The notes: generated by a model from the letters alone, not told the origin. A stretch of DNA of 64,000 bases from an uncultured virus (IMG/VR IMGVR_UViG_2061766007_000583) (IMGVR_UViG_2061766007_000583), one strand, 5' to 3'; counted from the stretch's first letter, positions 1 through 9,695 are shown. Numbers and translations are program-made.

Positions 1-25
1 TAGTGTCCATAGAAAGGAAAAATAA

Positions 26-652
26 ATGAATGAAATTTTAATGTGTGGAACTGACCCAGTAGGACAGTTATACAAAGATACAAAAGCAGAAGCAACTTCA
101 ATTGCTCCTATTGAAGTTTCTCCAGCAGAATCAGCACATAGCGTTGGTACTCACATTATGGTTGATGGTGTTAGATATAAAGTTACGAGTGCAATAAGTG
201 TTGGTGACACACTTACTATTGGTACTAATATTAGTGCTGAAAATATTGAAGACAACCTTGACGCAACACATATTCCTTATGATAGCAATATAAGTGTGAA
301 AGAGAAGATTGATTCTTTGGAATGGAAATATGCAGGAACTTTGGATATGGCTTCCCCACCTTCGGGGGCATTTGATTGGACAGCGACAGAGAGTGGCACA
401 GACTTTGCAAATGCAAAAGAAATTATGTTGATGATTACACTGCGTGGTAATGCTGGCATTGAATATCCAAGAACAACGACTATTAGCATTGTAAATGGTG
501 CAAATAGTACTTTTGGTGTTGATGTTAATTATTTCGCAGCAGATACAAGAAGAATATATGCACTTGGAATAATAAAGAATACAACTCAACTTACATTTAA
601 TATGATTTCAAATGGTGGACTTGAACCAAAAATAAAAATCTATTGGAAATAA
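26..652 (+). CDS. Tail/tail-fibre-associated protein (putative)
   Basis: 208 aa, Thr/Ser/Gly-rich beta-type composition, AAAGGA RBS, directly upstream of lysis genes. Confidence 0.5.
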   Translation: MNEILMCGTDPVGQLYKDTKAEATSIAPIEVSPAESAHSVGTHIMVDGVRYKVTSAISVGDTLTIGTNISAENIEDNLDATHIPYDSNISVKEKIDSLEWKYAGTLDMASPPSGAFDWTATESGTDFANAKEIMLMITLRGNAGIEYPRTTTISIVNGANSTFGVDVNYFAADTRRIYALGIIKNTTQLTFNMISNGGLEPKIKIYWK

Positions 653-905
653 GGGAGAAAATCAAATGGCAGAATAAAGAAAAATAGGATTCCGTCATAA
701 CGAAACCCTTACAAAAGATAATTCTTTTAAATGTAATTATATTATAGCATAATTAGTTTTCAAAAACTAACAGACTTTCTGCAATAAGGACAGAAAAATA
801 AGACTTATATTTCAATAAGGGAGAAAATATGATTAAAATAAACGGACAAACGGCTGGGATTAGGGTTTTTAACAATGTTGTTGTTTCGGTTGAAGGAGAT
901 AAAAT

Positions 906-1178
906 ATGAAAAAACGTAGTTTTACAGATAAACTTTACGTTTTTAATCTTATTGCATCTTGGTTATTTATTACAATATGTATATTACTTACAGTATTTAG
1001 TGGGTATTTAAACATTACGGATTTATCAATAGTAAATGTTGGAATACCCACAATATTTGCTGAATTAAGCGTACATACGGGCTTTATAATTTGGAAAGCA
1101 AAGGTTGAAAACTGTAGAAAATTTAAAGACGTTAACTTATTACAAGAGTTAGAAAGTGAGGTTAATAATGAATATTGA
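906..1178 (+). CDS. Small two-TM membrane protein of lysis module
   Basis: Two hydrophobic segments, AAGGAG RBS, overlaps holin start. Confidence 0.6.
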   Translation: MKKRSFTDKLYVFNLIASWLFITICILLTVFSGYLNITDLSIVNVGIPTIFAELSVHTGFIIWKAKVENCRKFKDVNLLQELESEVNNEY

Positions 1179-1533
1179 TATTGAAATAATCAAATTAATC
1201 GTTTATTTAGTTTTAGTTGGTGTTGTATTATTGGTAACTGGATTTGTATTACCTTATATAAAAGCAACTATTGGAACAGAGAAGTATAATTTGATAATTA
1301 AATATATTTCTCAAGCAGTTAATTCAGCAGAACAAATTTTTGGTGGAGAAGGAACTGGAGAACAGAAAAAGGCTTATGTTATTTATATTATACAGAATGT
1401 TCTTAATAAAGTAGGTTATAAACTTACTGAAGATGAACTTAATATGTTAATTGAGTCAGCAGTTAAGGCTATGAATGATGCTAAATATATTAATGAAAAA
1501 TTAGATATTAAGGTAGGTGAAGAAAATGAGTAA
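1168..1533 (+). CDS. Phage holin, LL-H family
   Basis: N-terminal TM then AVNSAEQ...GEQKKAYV...LIESAV pattern; ATG 1168 with GAGG RBS; precedes endolysin. Confidence 0.8.
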   Translation: MNIDIEIIKLIVYLVLVGVVLLVTGFVLPYIKATIGTEKYNLIIKYISQAVNSAEQIFGGEGTGEQKKAYVIYIIQNVLNKVGYKLTEDELNMLIESAVKAMNDAKYINEKLDIKVGEENE

Positions 1534-2359
1534 AGGTATTGATGTATCTAATTATCAAGGCAATATTGATTGGAATAAAGTTAAAGCCGATGGAGTTGAA
1601 TTTGTAATTATTCGTGCTGGTTGGGGCAAGAATGGTAGAGATTCTAAATTTAAAACCTATATTGATGGGGCTTTAAAAGTAGGTCTTAATGTTGGTGTAT
1701 ATTGGTTTTTATATGCTAAAAATGAAAAGGATATAATTGCCAATGCTAATTCTTGTGTATCGGTTATCGGTGCTTATAAAGATAAAATCAATATGAAAGT
1801 ATGGGCTGATTGGGAATACGATAGTGATAATTATTGTAAAGGTCTTACTAAAGCAACAAGAACTAAATGGGTTAAATTATTCTGTAGTGAAGTTGCTAAA
1901 AATGGATTTGAAGTAGGTATTTATGCTAATCCTGATTATTTAAATAATAAATTTAATGATGTTTCAGAATATCCTTTATGGTTGGCTTATTATTCAAATT
2001 CTAAAGGAAAATATAAACCTTTAATATGGCAATATACAAGTAAAGGTAAAGTAAATGGAATTAAAGGCAATGTTGATTTAGATGAATTCTATGGAGAAAT
2101 TAAAACTAAACCTATTGAGACAGTTGCTAAAACTAATCCTTATAAAGAACCTACAGTTGTAATTACTTATTCACCTAAAGTGTATAATGAAGGAACTAAA
2201 TGGATTCAGTGGGCTTTAAATGAAAAAGGTAATTATGGATTAAAAGTTGATGGATATTTTGGCGATAAAACTTTAAAAGCAGTTAAGGATTTTCAGAAAA
2301 AGAACGGACTTGTTGTTGATGGAAAGGTCGGTCAGAATACTAGAAAGGCTTTAAGGTGA
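1526..2359 (+). CDS. Endolysin: GH25 muramidase plus C-terminal peptidoglycan-binding domain
   Basis: GIDVSNYQG, WADWEY, WQYTSKG, VDLD motifs; VDGYFGDKT...VDGKVG PG-binding repeats. Confidence 0.93.
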   Translation: MSKGIDVSNYQGNIDWNKVKADGVEFVIIRAGWGKNGRDSKFKTYIDGALKVGLNVGVYWFLYAKNEKDIIANANSCVSVIGAYKDKINMKVWADWEYDSDNYCKGLTKATRTKWVKLFCSEVAKNGFEVGIYANPDYLNNKFNDVSEYPLWLAYYSNSKGKYKPLIWQYTSKGKVNGIKGNVDLDEFYGEIKTKPIETVAKTNPYKEPTVVITYSPKVYNEGTKWIQWALNEKGNYGLKVDGYFGDKTLKAVKDFQKKNGLVVDGKVGQNTRKALR

Positions 2360-2363
2360 TTAT

Positions 2364-2912
2364 ATGGCAATAGAAACTTTAATGCACAATACTAACCCTT
2401 TAGGGGCTTTATTAGGTGATGCAAGTGATATAATTTTTGATAATGGTGGAACTTCTCTTGAAAGTACAGATGTAGAAGGAGCATTGAAAGAAGTTAATAG
2501 TGCTATCCCTAACGTGGTAGACAATTTAACTTCAACAAGTACAACAGATGCGTTAAGTGCTAAACAAGGGAAAGTGTTGAATGAGAAGTTTGAGGGGATT
2601 ACTTTCACAGGATTATTATCAAGTGGAGTTTCATCAACAGGTACAGAGGTTGAGGGAACTTTGTCTGAATCTGTTGATAATTTTGATTTAATTGTGATTG
2701 TTTTCACGGGTTCAGGTGGTACACAATGTTGTTCTATGGTTATTCCTACTCGTTATTCAAATAGAGCATTTTATGGCGATATTGTACAATCCTCAAATGT
2801 ATATTCTTACGGAGAAGTTAAAGTTAATGGAAATAAAATTTATGTAAAAGCAAATAGTTTTTCAGGTTGGTCAGGATTTTTAGTATCACAAGCCTACGGC
2901 ATAAAATTATAA
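2364..2912 (+). CDS. Tail-fibre-like protein
   Basis: VVDNLTSTSTTDALSAKQGKVLNEK fibre-type motif, beta-rich C-terminus. Confidence 0.55.
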   Translation: MAIETLMHNTNPLGALLGDASDIIFDNGGTSLESTDVEGALKEVNSAIPNVVDNLTSTSTTDALSAKQGKVLNEKFEGITFTGLLSSGVSSTGTEVEGTLSESVDNFDLIVIVFTGSGGTQCCSMVIPTRYSNRAFYGDIVQSSNVYSYGEVKVNGNKIYVKANSFSGWSGFLVSQAYGIKL

Positions 2913-3031
2913 ACAGAGAAAAACAAATGAAAGAACAGTAAAGGCGAAAAACAATGGAACGCACAATGATAATACTGAAGCGGTGGCAGAATCTTGTTGA
3001 AATTTTATCACTATGGGAACTATAATAATTA

Positions 3032-3127
3032 CTGAAAGCCGTAAAAGATTTTCAGAAAAAGAATATTAAGATTTGTATTACTGTTGATGGAAAAGTTGGA
3101 GCAAATACTAAAAAGGCTTTAAGATAA
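3032..3127 (+). pseudogene. Remnant of an endolysin 3' end (PG-binding domain)
   Basis: Translates LKAVKDFQKKNIKICITVDGKVGANTKKALR*, versus endolysin LKAVKDFQKKNGLVVDGKVGQNTRKALR*; in-frame stop just upstream and no start. Confidence 0.8.
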
Positions 3128-3136
3128 TGTAATATT

Positions 3137-3172
3137 AAAAAGGGGAAAATATTTAATTTTCCCCTTTTTTTT
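3137..3172. terminator. Bidirectional intrinsic terminator between convergent arms
   Basis: AAAAAGGGGAAAA-tatttaa-TTTTCCCCTTTTT hairpin with A/T tails. Confidence 0.85.
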
Positions 3173-3185
3173 ATTTTATTTTTCT

Positions 3186-3476
3186 TTATTTATTTTTCTT
3201 TAATTCATTTATTTTATCACGCACAATATCAATATCACATTTATGTGCGTTAATACTCAACTGATTTGTATATGGTACATTATCAATTAAATTTTGTATT
3301 TTATCTCTTATATATTTAAGTTCTGTTATTTTAATATTTAAAATAAATTTTTCAAATTTATTATAACAGTCAGGACATAATAATAATCTATGTGAGTCTG
3401 TAATAATAATAGGTATTAAATTATCTTTATTCCATATTTCTTGACATAAATCACAAGAATTAGGTTTTGTCATCAT
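3186..3476 (-). CDS. Hypothetical protein, Cys-pair (zinc-binding) N-terminus
   Basis: CDLC...CPDC; AAGGAG RBS. Confidence 0.65.
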   Translation of the reverse strand: MMTKPNSCDLCQEIWNKDNLIPIIITDSHRLLLCPDCYNKFEKFILNIKITELKYIRDKIQNLIDNVPYTNQLSINAHKCDIDIVRDKINELKKNK

Positions 3477-3690
3477 TCTTTTTCTCCTTATAACGTGCGT
3501 TCCAAAATTTTTTAGGTACTAAATAAGTACTCAAGATGTTTTCGTGTTCAATGGTTACGTCTAAATAATACTTGTTTTCAATAGAAAGAGTAGAATAAGT
3601 AAACTCCTTATGTGGTTTTATTTCAACAACATTAAATAGAGCCTTAACCACATCTCCGTTTGTTGCTTTGTTTGGAATCTCTATTGTCAT
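3460..3690 (-). CDS. Hypothetical phage protein
   Basis: ORF with RBS; ATNGDV...WNARY. Confidence 0.65.
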   Translation of the reverse strand: MTIEIPNKATNGDVVKALFNVVEIKPHKEFTYSTLSIENKYYLDVTIEHENILSTYLVPKKFWNARYKEKKNDDKT

Positions 3691-3761
3691 TCTTTTTTCT
3701 CCTTATCACATTTATCTTCCCATTCCAATACGGCTATTATATCTGCGTAGTTCATTTTATT

Positions 3762-4040
3762 TCACTCACCTTTCAGTTCAGATATAGTTTTTCTTATTCT
3801 GTACATAGCGTTACATACGTCTACTATTGGTATAAAACCATTTTCCGTTTTTATTTTTATAAGTAACTTTTCTTCAAAATCAATTTTATCAATTATCTTT
3901 TCAAATTGTTCTTCAAGTGGAGTTCCGTTTGCAATACTCTTTATAATATGAAAATCAAAGCCTTCATTCTCTTCCGTTAGTTCTGTATTCTTGCATTGTT
4001 CATATAGTTCATCTTCAAGTCTAATTAGAATTTCTTTCAT
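3762..4040 (-). CDS. Hypothetical phage protein (NGTPL family)
   Basis: Shares N-terminus and NGTPL motif with 23342 and 23768 ORFs. Confidence 0.65.
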   Translation of the reverse strand: MKEILIRLEDELYEQCKNTELTEENEGFDFHIIKSIANGTPLEEQFEKIIDKIDFEEKLLIKIKTENGFIPIVDVCNAMYRIRKTISELKGE

Positions 4041-4255
4041 TACTGTTCTCCTTTATCAGTTACAATATATCCGTTTTCTATTCTAATAAGAAAATCTCTT
4101 GTTCCGTCATAATATATAAAATTTCCTTCTTCAATAGAAATACTTTCAACGTGAAACCTTAACATTAGTTCATCAAAAATATCTGTTAATTCTGCCTCTT
4201 TCAATGTTTTTATCCTATTACTATGTGGATTATGTAGATTAATTGTCTCCATCAT
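4040..4255 (-). CDS. Hypothetical protein
   Basis: AGGAGAG RBS, coupled to next gene. Confidence 0.6.
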   Translation of the reverse strand: MMETINLHNPHSNRIKTLKEAELTDIFDELMLRFHVESISIEEGNFIYYDGTRDFLIRIENGYIVTDKGEQ

Positions 4256-4427
4256 TTGTTCTCTCCTTTCAGTTTCTCGCTTTTTGGTCTTTTCAAATCA
4301 TACTCCTCTTTTGGTTCACATTTTCTGCATAAGCATATATTTGGCAATTTATCGTGGTCTATTGGAACCGCTACTTTTATTAGTTTACCGCATATCATGC
4401 ATTTGCCAGCGGTCACAACTTTAATTT

Positions 4428-4661
4428 TCATTGTTGTTCTTCTTCCTCACCTTCACTTAAACTAATAATCCCATCAATCGCCTGCTTTAGATTCTTGTTT
4501 TGAGTAGCGATTTTATTGATGGCTCGAATGGTAGCTTCGCTCTCTCCAATCTTCACCATTTTGTTATATCTATCCTCAATCATCCATTGTGTGAGTAATT
4601 CAAAAACTTCATTCTCAACACCTTGTTTGTGTATGATATTTATGATTTCTGATATTGTCAT
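4428..4661 (-). CDS. Hypothetical protein
   Basis: ORF with RBS in co-directional cluster. Confidence 0.6.
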   Translation of the reverse strand: MTISEIINIIHKQGVENEVFELLTQWMIEDRYNKMVKIGESEATIRAINKIATQNKNLKQAIDGIISLSEGEEEEQQ

Positions 4662-4858
4662 TCTTTATTCTCTCCTTTTATTATTAAAAAGTAATACAAA
4701 ACTATTAACGGCAATCCCCCGATTATAAAAGCACTCATAAAAATACAAAGAGTTGGGAAAATTCCAAACAGTCCTAAACTTATGATAAAACTTATTATTA
4801 AAAAGAATGCCAGTAGGACTAATAGAGCGTACGCAATTATTAAAATACAATTCTCCAT
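4658..4858 (-). CDS. Small membrane protein
   Basis: Two hydrophobic helices. Confidence 0.55.
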   Translation of the reverse strand: MENCILIIAYALLVLLAFFLIISFIISLGLFGIFPTLCIFMSAFIIGGLPLIVLYYFLIIKGENKE

Positions 4859-4868
4859 TCTTTATCCC

Positions 4869-5087
4869 TCAATTTATGTAATATCCACAAGATGTGCATT
4901 TGTAATGTTGCTCTCCACATCTTGGACAACCATACTTAATCCAACGCCCTGTCTTTTGGGTTTTAAGGGCTTCTCTTGCTTTATTAAAAGTCTCTAAAAC
5001 TTCCAAAGGTATATGAGTTCCGTTCCCTAAATATCTTCCGTCTTCAAGCATTGTATTTAATATTTCGATTGCTTCGTTGTTTGTCAT
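4869..5087 (-). CDS. Zinc-ribbon small protein (EAIE...KTGRWI family)
   Basis: CPRC/CTSC; paralog of neighbours. Confidence 0.65.
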   Translation of the reverse strand: MTNNEAIEILNTMLEDGRYLGNGTHIPLEVLETFNKAREALKTQKTGRWIKYGCPRCGEQHYKCTSCGYYIN

Positions 5088-5091
5088 TTCT

Positions 5092-5400
5092 TTATTTTCC
5101 TTCCATTTTTGCACCGCAATAAGGACAAAAGTTTGCGTTACTTATTCCTGTTTCGGCATCATAACTATACTCATATTGGCACTCCGAACATACTTTTGTA
5201 TCAAAAGTTTTATTAGCATATATATTATGACGGTTTATCCAATATCCTACCTTTTGATTTTTAAGTGCTTCTATTGCTTTTTCAAGTGCCGTGTTTACTC
5301 GACAGTCTTCACAAGTAACATCGTACTTATAAAAACAATTAATACAGTTATTATTAGCATTAACATTTTCAATGATACGGATTGCTTCTTTATTTGTCAT
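5092..5400 (-). CDS. Zinc-ribbon small protein
   Basis: VGYWI...CSEC...CPYCGAKMEG. Confidence 0.7.
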   Translation of the reverse strand: MTNKEAIRIIENVNANNNCINCFYKYDVTCEDCRVNTALEKAIEALKNQKVGYWINRHNIYANKTFDTKVCSECQYEYSYDAETGISNANFCPYCGAKMEGK

Positions 5401-5672
5401 TCCGCTTCTCCTTCCATTTTTGCACCGCAATGACAATAGGGATAATCTTTTAAATCATCTTCAATTTCTGCATAAATCGTTCTTCCACAAACCGAACATT
5501 CATAAGTATCTGCAAGTCCATACACTCCTTTTTGTCTTATCCAATAACCTGTCTTCTGATTTTTGAGTGATTCAATTCCTTTTTCGAGTGCTTCAATATC
5601 TTCTTCTTCAATTCTTATTTTATAAGACATTTTCAATGAAATAAGTCTATCTATTGCTTCTTTATTTATCAT
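5397..5672 (-). CDS. Zinc-ribbon small protein
   Basis: TGYWI...CSVC...CHCGAKMEG. Confidence 0.7.
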   Translation of the reverse strand: MINKEAIDRLISLKMSYKIRIEEEDIEALEKGIESLKNQKTGYWIRQKGVYGLADTYECSVCGRTIYAEIEDDLKDYPYCHCGAKMEGEAE

Positions 5673-5893
5673 TGTTTATTCTCCTTATTTTTATTTTTAA
5701 TATATGACATATGCCATTCATTATTTATTTTTAATATATGACATATTCCACATAAGTCTTCATCTCGATAAAAATTATGATTGAGTAAATCTTTTTTTGA
5801 TGGCTTTCCAATTTGATTCCAAAATATTTCGCCACCGCAATTAGAACATCGGCATTTTACAAAATACTCACCAGACGGGAAAATCGTAATCAT
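5669..5893 (-). CDS. Hypothetical protein
   Basis: CSNC and CGIC; coupled ORF. Confidence 0.6.
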   Translation of the reverse strand: MITIFPSGEYFVKCRCSNCGGEIFWNQIGKPSKKDLLNHNFYRDEDLCGICHILKINNEWHMSYIKNKNKENKQ

Positions 5894-6267
5894 TTGTTAT
5901 TTTCCTTTCTATTATATTCACATTCTCCGCAATCTCTTGCTTCACAAAAGGATTCTTCATAAGACTGACAATCAGTTCTACTCTGATAAGTAGAATTTTG
6001 CTGAACAGTTCCAATTACATAAGTAGTACCACAATATTTACAATGAAATATAGGCTTATTAATTTCAACATCAATTTTAGCACCACAATTTCTACATCCG
6101 TGCAACATTGTAATGTTAAGTTTGCGATTCATATTTTCTTTTATTTTTTTTAGTTCATCTTTAATATTATCAATGGTATCATATTCATATCCAATATCTA
6201 CAAGATTGGTAGTTGTAGTATATCTTCCACCGCTATTATAAAAATTTTCATCCATTTTGAATTCCAT
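5890..6267 (-). CDS. Zinc-ribbon hypothetical protein
   Basis: CRNCG...CKYCG; GAAAGG RBS before ATG 6267. Confidence 0.65.
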   Translation of the reverse strand: MEFKMDENFYNSGGRYTTTTNLVDIGYEYDTIDNIKDELKKIKENMNRKLNITMLHGCRNCGAKIDVEINKPIFHCKYCGTTYVIGTVQQNSTYQSRTDCQSYEESFCEARDCGECEYNRKENNK

Positions 6268-6354
6268 AATTATTATTTTCCTTTCTTCATTTGATATACA
6301 TATTATACCAAAAATAAAAAAAGTTGTCAAGTATTTCTTGACAACTTTTTAAAA

Positions 6355-6759
6355 TTAATTTTCTTCTTTAATTTCTGAAACCTTTTCAAAAATATAATCT
6401 ACTAATTCTTTTGTATCTTCTTTTGCTTCATTTACATTTTCTACAGTTATAACAGATGCAACTAACATTTTAGTTATTGTTTTAGATGTAGGAACTGCTA
6501 TTGATAATATTAAAGATACTATAAAAATTATTATTGTTGAGATAAATAATTTTTTAATAAATTTTACACATTGTGGAATTTCTTTTATATCTTTACCAAA
6601 GATATATCCACCAAATTCATCCATATAATCATTCATCCATCCAGCAGTTTCAATTATTAAAGCAACAACAGATATGATTAATATTACAATTGAAATGCCC
6701 TTAAACCAATCACAAATATCCATTAAATAAAACCAAATGGGGTTAATATAATATGTCAT
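6355..6759 (-). CDS. Phage membrane protein
   Basis: INPIWFYL start, two TM segments, PTSKT...M motif. Confidence 0.7.
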   Translation of the reverse strand: MTYYINPIWFYLMDICDWFKGISIVILIISVVALIIETAGWMNDYMDEFGGYIFGKDIKEIPQCVKFIKKLFISTIIIFIVSLILSIAVPTSKTITKMLVASVITVENVNEAKEDTKELVDYIFEKVSEIKEEN

Positions 6760-6788
6760 AATTTTTCTCCTTATCTTTTTTTAATGAA

Positions 6789-6974
6789 TTATTTATTCGT
6801 ACTTCCAAATCCACCAGTCCTTTCATTATCTGAATTACCATTATCGGCAACAAGATAATTAATAAACATTCCTTGTGCGATTCTATCACCTTTATGGATA
6901 TACTGAACTGTATCGGAAATATTTAATAAGAATATTCCAATATTACCATCGTTGTTAGGATTTTCATAATAATC
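6789..6974 (-). CDS. dut: Trimeric dUTPase, exon 2
   Basis: DYY...GNIG, GDRIAQG and RTGGFGST motifs (III second half, IV, V). Confidence 0.9.
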   Translation of the reverse strand, partial: DYYENPNNDGNIGIFLLNISDTVQYIHKGDRIAQGMFINYLVADNGNSDNERTGGFGSTNK

Positions 6975-8189
6975 CATTGTGTTATCTTATAATCATTTAA
7001 ATTATAATTCTTATGCTTTCACATAAGTTCAGACTATATCTTCATTGTTGTTAAAACAATGTTCGGCACTCTTGTTAGGATTATTAGTAGTCTTCCTCAC
7101 CTATTAGTCGTTGAGCCTTCCAAAGTACTTTTATAGACATTCCTTTGGCTTGGTTGCTGATTGCCTAATACTTTTAATTTTTAAAACATTCACACTTGTC
7201 GTTTCCAACTATGTTGTAGTTTAAAAGTCCCTAAAGGTTTTCCAGCAGTTCACCGAATTTATTTAATTGACACCAATTATTTATTATTTAAGTTTCTATA
7301 TGCAGTATAACATTCTCTACAACAGAATATGTGTTTTGTTTTTGATAATCTACTATTTTTTACTTTTATTTCTTTTCCACACTGTTCACAGTTGGTTATA
7401 GTAGTTCCCATTTTATTTTTATATGTATAATTATATAATTTAGAACATTTTATAGAACAACATTTTCTTTCTTCGGGTTTATTTGTATAAAATTCTTTTC
7501 CACAATATTTACATTTTACATAAGCACCTTTTAATATTTTTGATTTTTGTGGTTTAGGTGGCTTTTCTTTTTTACGATGTAATTTAGTATGTTCTGATAA
7601 TAACATCACCTCTAAATTTTCAACATCGTTATTCAATTTATTTCCATCTTTGTGATGTACTATATATTCTTTTTTAAGATATTTTTTACCATCTATTTCT
7701 ATTGAATTTTCATCTGTTAATAAATATTGTTCTGCTACTAATCTATGTTCAAATACAAAATCATCACAATCTCTAAAAGGATGGTCTAATACTCTAATTT
7801 TTCTATATCCATAATGAGTTATCTTTTCATTAGATTTAAAACTAGAATTTAATTCTCCTTTTAATCCGTATTGATGATTATTTTCCCCACAAAAAAGAAT
7901 TTTTCTATGTTCTGCTAAACATTTTTCTGAACAATATACATTTTTTATAGGTTTATTAGTTCTATGGTCTATTAAACTAGTAGGTTTTCTATGAAATTTT
8001 TTACCACAAAAACTACAAACACAATTAAGATTATCTTCGTTGTTCTTTTTATTATTTAAATATATTTGATAACATTCTCTTGAACAAAATAAATGTTTTG
8101 CTTCTAATCTTTTTCTATGTTCTATATTTATTTCTTTACCACATATTTCACAATTTTTTACTGCATATATCATAATATTTTTATCCTCT
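6975..8189 (-). mobile_element. Group I self-splicing intron in dUTPase gene
   Basis: P (AACTGCTGGAAA), Q (AATCAGCA), R (TCAACGACTA), S (AAGATATAGTCT), P9 with GAAA loop, 5' exon ends in U, intron ends in G, IGS GGTGTCAAT at 7266-7274. Confidence 0.92.
7277..8173 (-). CDS. Intron-encoded HNH homing endonuclease with multiple Cys-rich zinc fingers
   Basis: EHRLVAE...VHHKDGNKLNNDVENL...EHTKLH; repeated CxxCGK...CSxxC; AGAGGA RBS before ATG 8173. Confidence 0.9.
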   Translation of the reverse strand: MIYAVKNCEICGKEINIEHRKRLEAKHLFCSRECYQIYLNNKKNNEDNLNCVCSFCGKKFHRKPTSLIDHRTNKPIKNVYCSEKCLAEHRKILFCGENNHQYGLKGELNSSFKSNEKITHYGYRKIRVLDHPFRDCDDFVFEHRLVAEQYLLTDENSIEIDGKKYLKKEYIVHHKDGNKLNNDVENLEVMLLSEHTKLHRKKEKPPKPQKSKILKGAYVKCKYCGKEFYTNKPEERKCCSIKCSKLYNYTYKNKMGTTITNCEQCGKEIKVKNSRLSKTKHIFCCRECYTAYRNLNNK

Positions 8190-8450
8190 AGCGTCAATCC
8201 AACCTTGTGAATTTGCTAACATAAATTTACCGCCCATAGAACTACGAACATTTAAAATTAAACCTTCATTATCTTGCATATAAGCCTTTACATCTGTCCA
8301 AATCTTACATACTTCATTAGGTTTAACTTCATAATCCTTATTTGCATAAAAATCATAAGCCATTGCCTTTTTAGTTGCTCTAGTGGGTAAAATAGGACTA
8401 CCTTCAGTTTTCTTAAATTCTTCTTTTACTTCTTCAAATCCACGAATCAT
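8190..8450 (-). CDS. dut: Trimeric dUTPase, exon 1
   Basis: PTRAT..AMAYDF, RSS, GWIDA; AAGGAG RBS before ATG 8450; splicing restores GWIDADYY. Confidence 0.9.
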
Positions 8451-8770
8451 ATAAACTCCTTTTTCTTTATTCTTTTTATTGTGTGTGGCTAAATAACCTA
8501 AAATACAACTGATTAATACACCAATAGTAGGTATACCTAGCCAAACTAAAATCAATTTAGTAAAATCGTTCATTATATGCCATCTCTATCTTTGAAATAT
8601 ATAAAAACTTTTTCCGACTAATTTCATTAAATTTTCTTTAGTCATTCCGTTCTTCTTCCAGTTCTGTTCTGTGTTCTCTTTCTCTGCGAATTTCAAATAT
8701 AAGATAACAACCTGGATACTCGCAACACAAAGCATCTTCTAAAATATCAAGTTCGTTATCTGAAAAGTCT

Positions 8771-9082
8771 TTAAATCTCATTGTTCTCTCCTTTCAGTTC
8801 AGATATATGTTTGTCTATGATTGCTAAATCTTCAAGCAAATCTATTTTTCTGTGTAACTCGCAATTATATTCTAAAAAGCAAGTTGCACATTTAAAATTA
8901 CAAGTTATATTATGATGTCTATATATTTCTGCCTTTATATTTTCAAGTTCTTCAATTGTCTGTTTCGTTGTATTTTCTGACATATCTGCATTGAATTGCC
9001 TTTCAACACCACATTCAAAGCCTTTAATAAATTCATCAGAATAATACTTCTTGTTGTTGGGCTTAAGTTTCAGTTTTTCCAT
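8771..9082 (-). CDS. Hypothetical protein
   Basis: ORF with AGGAG RBS, ends SELKGE-like. Confidence 0.65.
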   Translation of the reverse strand: MEKLKLKPNNKKYYSDEFIKGFECGVERQFNADMSENTTKQTIEELENIKAEIYRHHNITCNFKCATCFLEYNCELHRKIDLLEDLAIIDKHISELKGENNEI

Positions 9083-9100
9083 ATTATTAATTATTCTCCT

Positions 9101-9490
9101 TTAACAAAACCAACTTTCGTCATATCCATAATCATAATAATCTTCATAAGGTTCTAATTCTATTTTCTTTGCTTCTTCAAAGTATTGTGAAATAAATTGC
9201 CAATAACGCTTTTTTAATCCAATATCATCGTGCAATCTAGCATCTAAACGATTTTCAATAAATTTAACTGTTCTACATTGTTTTTCTGTAGGTTTTAATT
9301 CATTGGGAATTGTCCATTCGTTATTATAATATTTAATTTTACAATCTTTGCATTCTCCTATTGTTACTAAATGGTAAAGACCTTCATAATCTTCTCCCCA
9401 ACCCCAACCACATTCACGAAATTCATCAGTGAGTTTAATATCTTTTCCACAATTGGGACATTTAATAATCTTTTTATTTTTTCTTCCCAT
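9101..9490 (-). CDS. Hypothetical zinc-binding protein
   Basis: CPNCG, CKDC, PTEKQ motif. Confidence 0.65.
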   Translation of the reverse strand: MGRKNKKIIKCPNCGKDIKLTDEFRECGWGWGEDYEGLYHLVTIGECKDCKIKYYNNEWTIPNELKPTEKQCRTVKFIENRLDARLHDDIGLKKRYWQFISQYFEEAKKIELEPYEDYYDYGYDESWFC

Positions 9491-9491
9491 T

Positions 9492-9695
9492 TTATTCAGA
9501 CCTCATTATTTTTATCTTCATAGAACAAAAATATGAATTATCAATTTTTGTATAGCAATTAGGACATACAAAAAATTCATCGTTTAAGTTATCTTTTAAC
9601 ATTACTGCATCATCACAATCAAAAATCTTATGACAATAAGCACATTCAAAATTTTCTTTACCATCTATTAATAATTCACTCATTTCAAACTCCAT
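9492..9695 (-). CDS. Hypothetical zinc-finger protein
   Basis: CAYC...CPNC. Confidence 0.6.
   Translation of the reverse strand: MEFEMSELLIDGKENFECAYCHKIFDCDDAVMLKDNLNDEFFVCPNCYTKIDNSYFCSMKIKIMRSE

Noticed and set aside
6789..6977. Independent 62-aa gene starting MDYY
   Set aside because: The ATG's G is the intron terminal G; the ORF is dUTPase exon 2.
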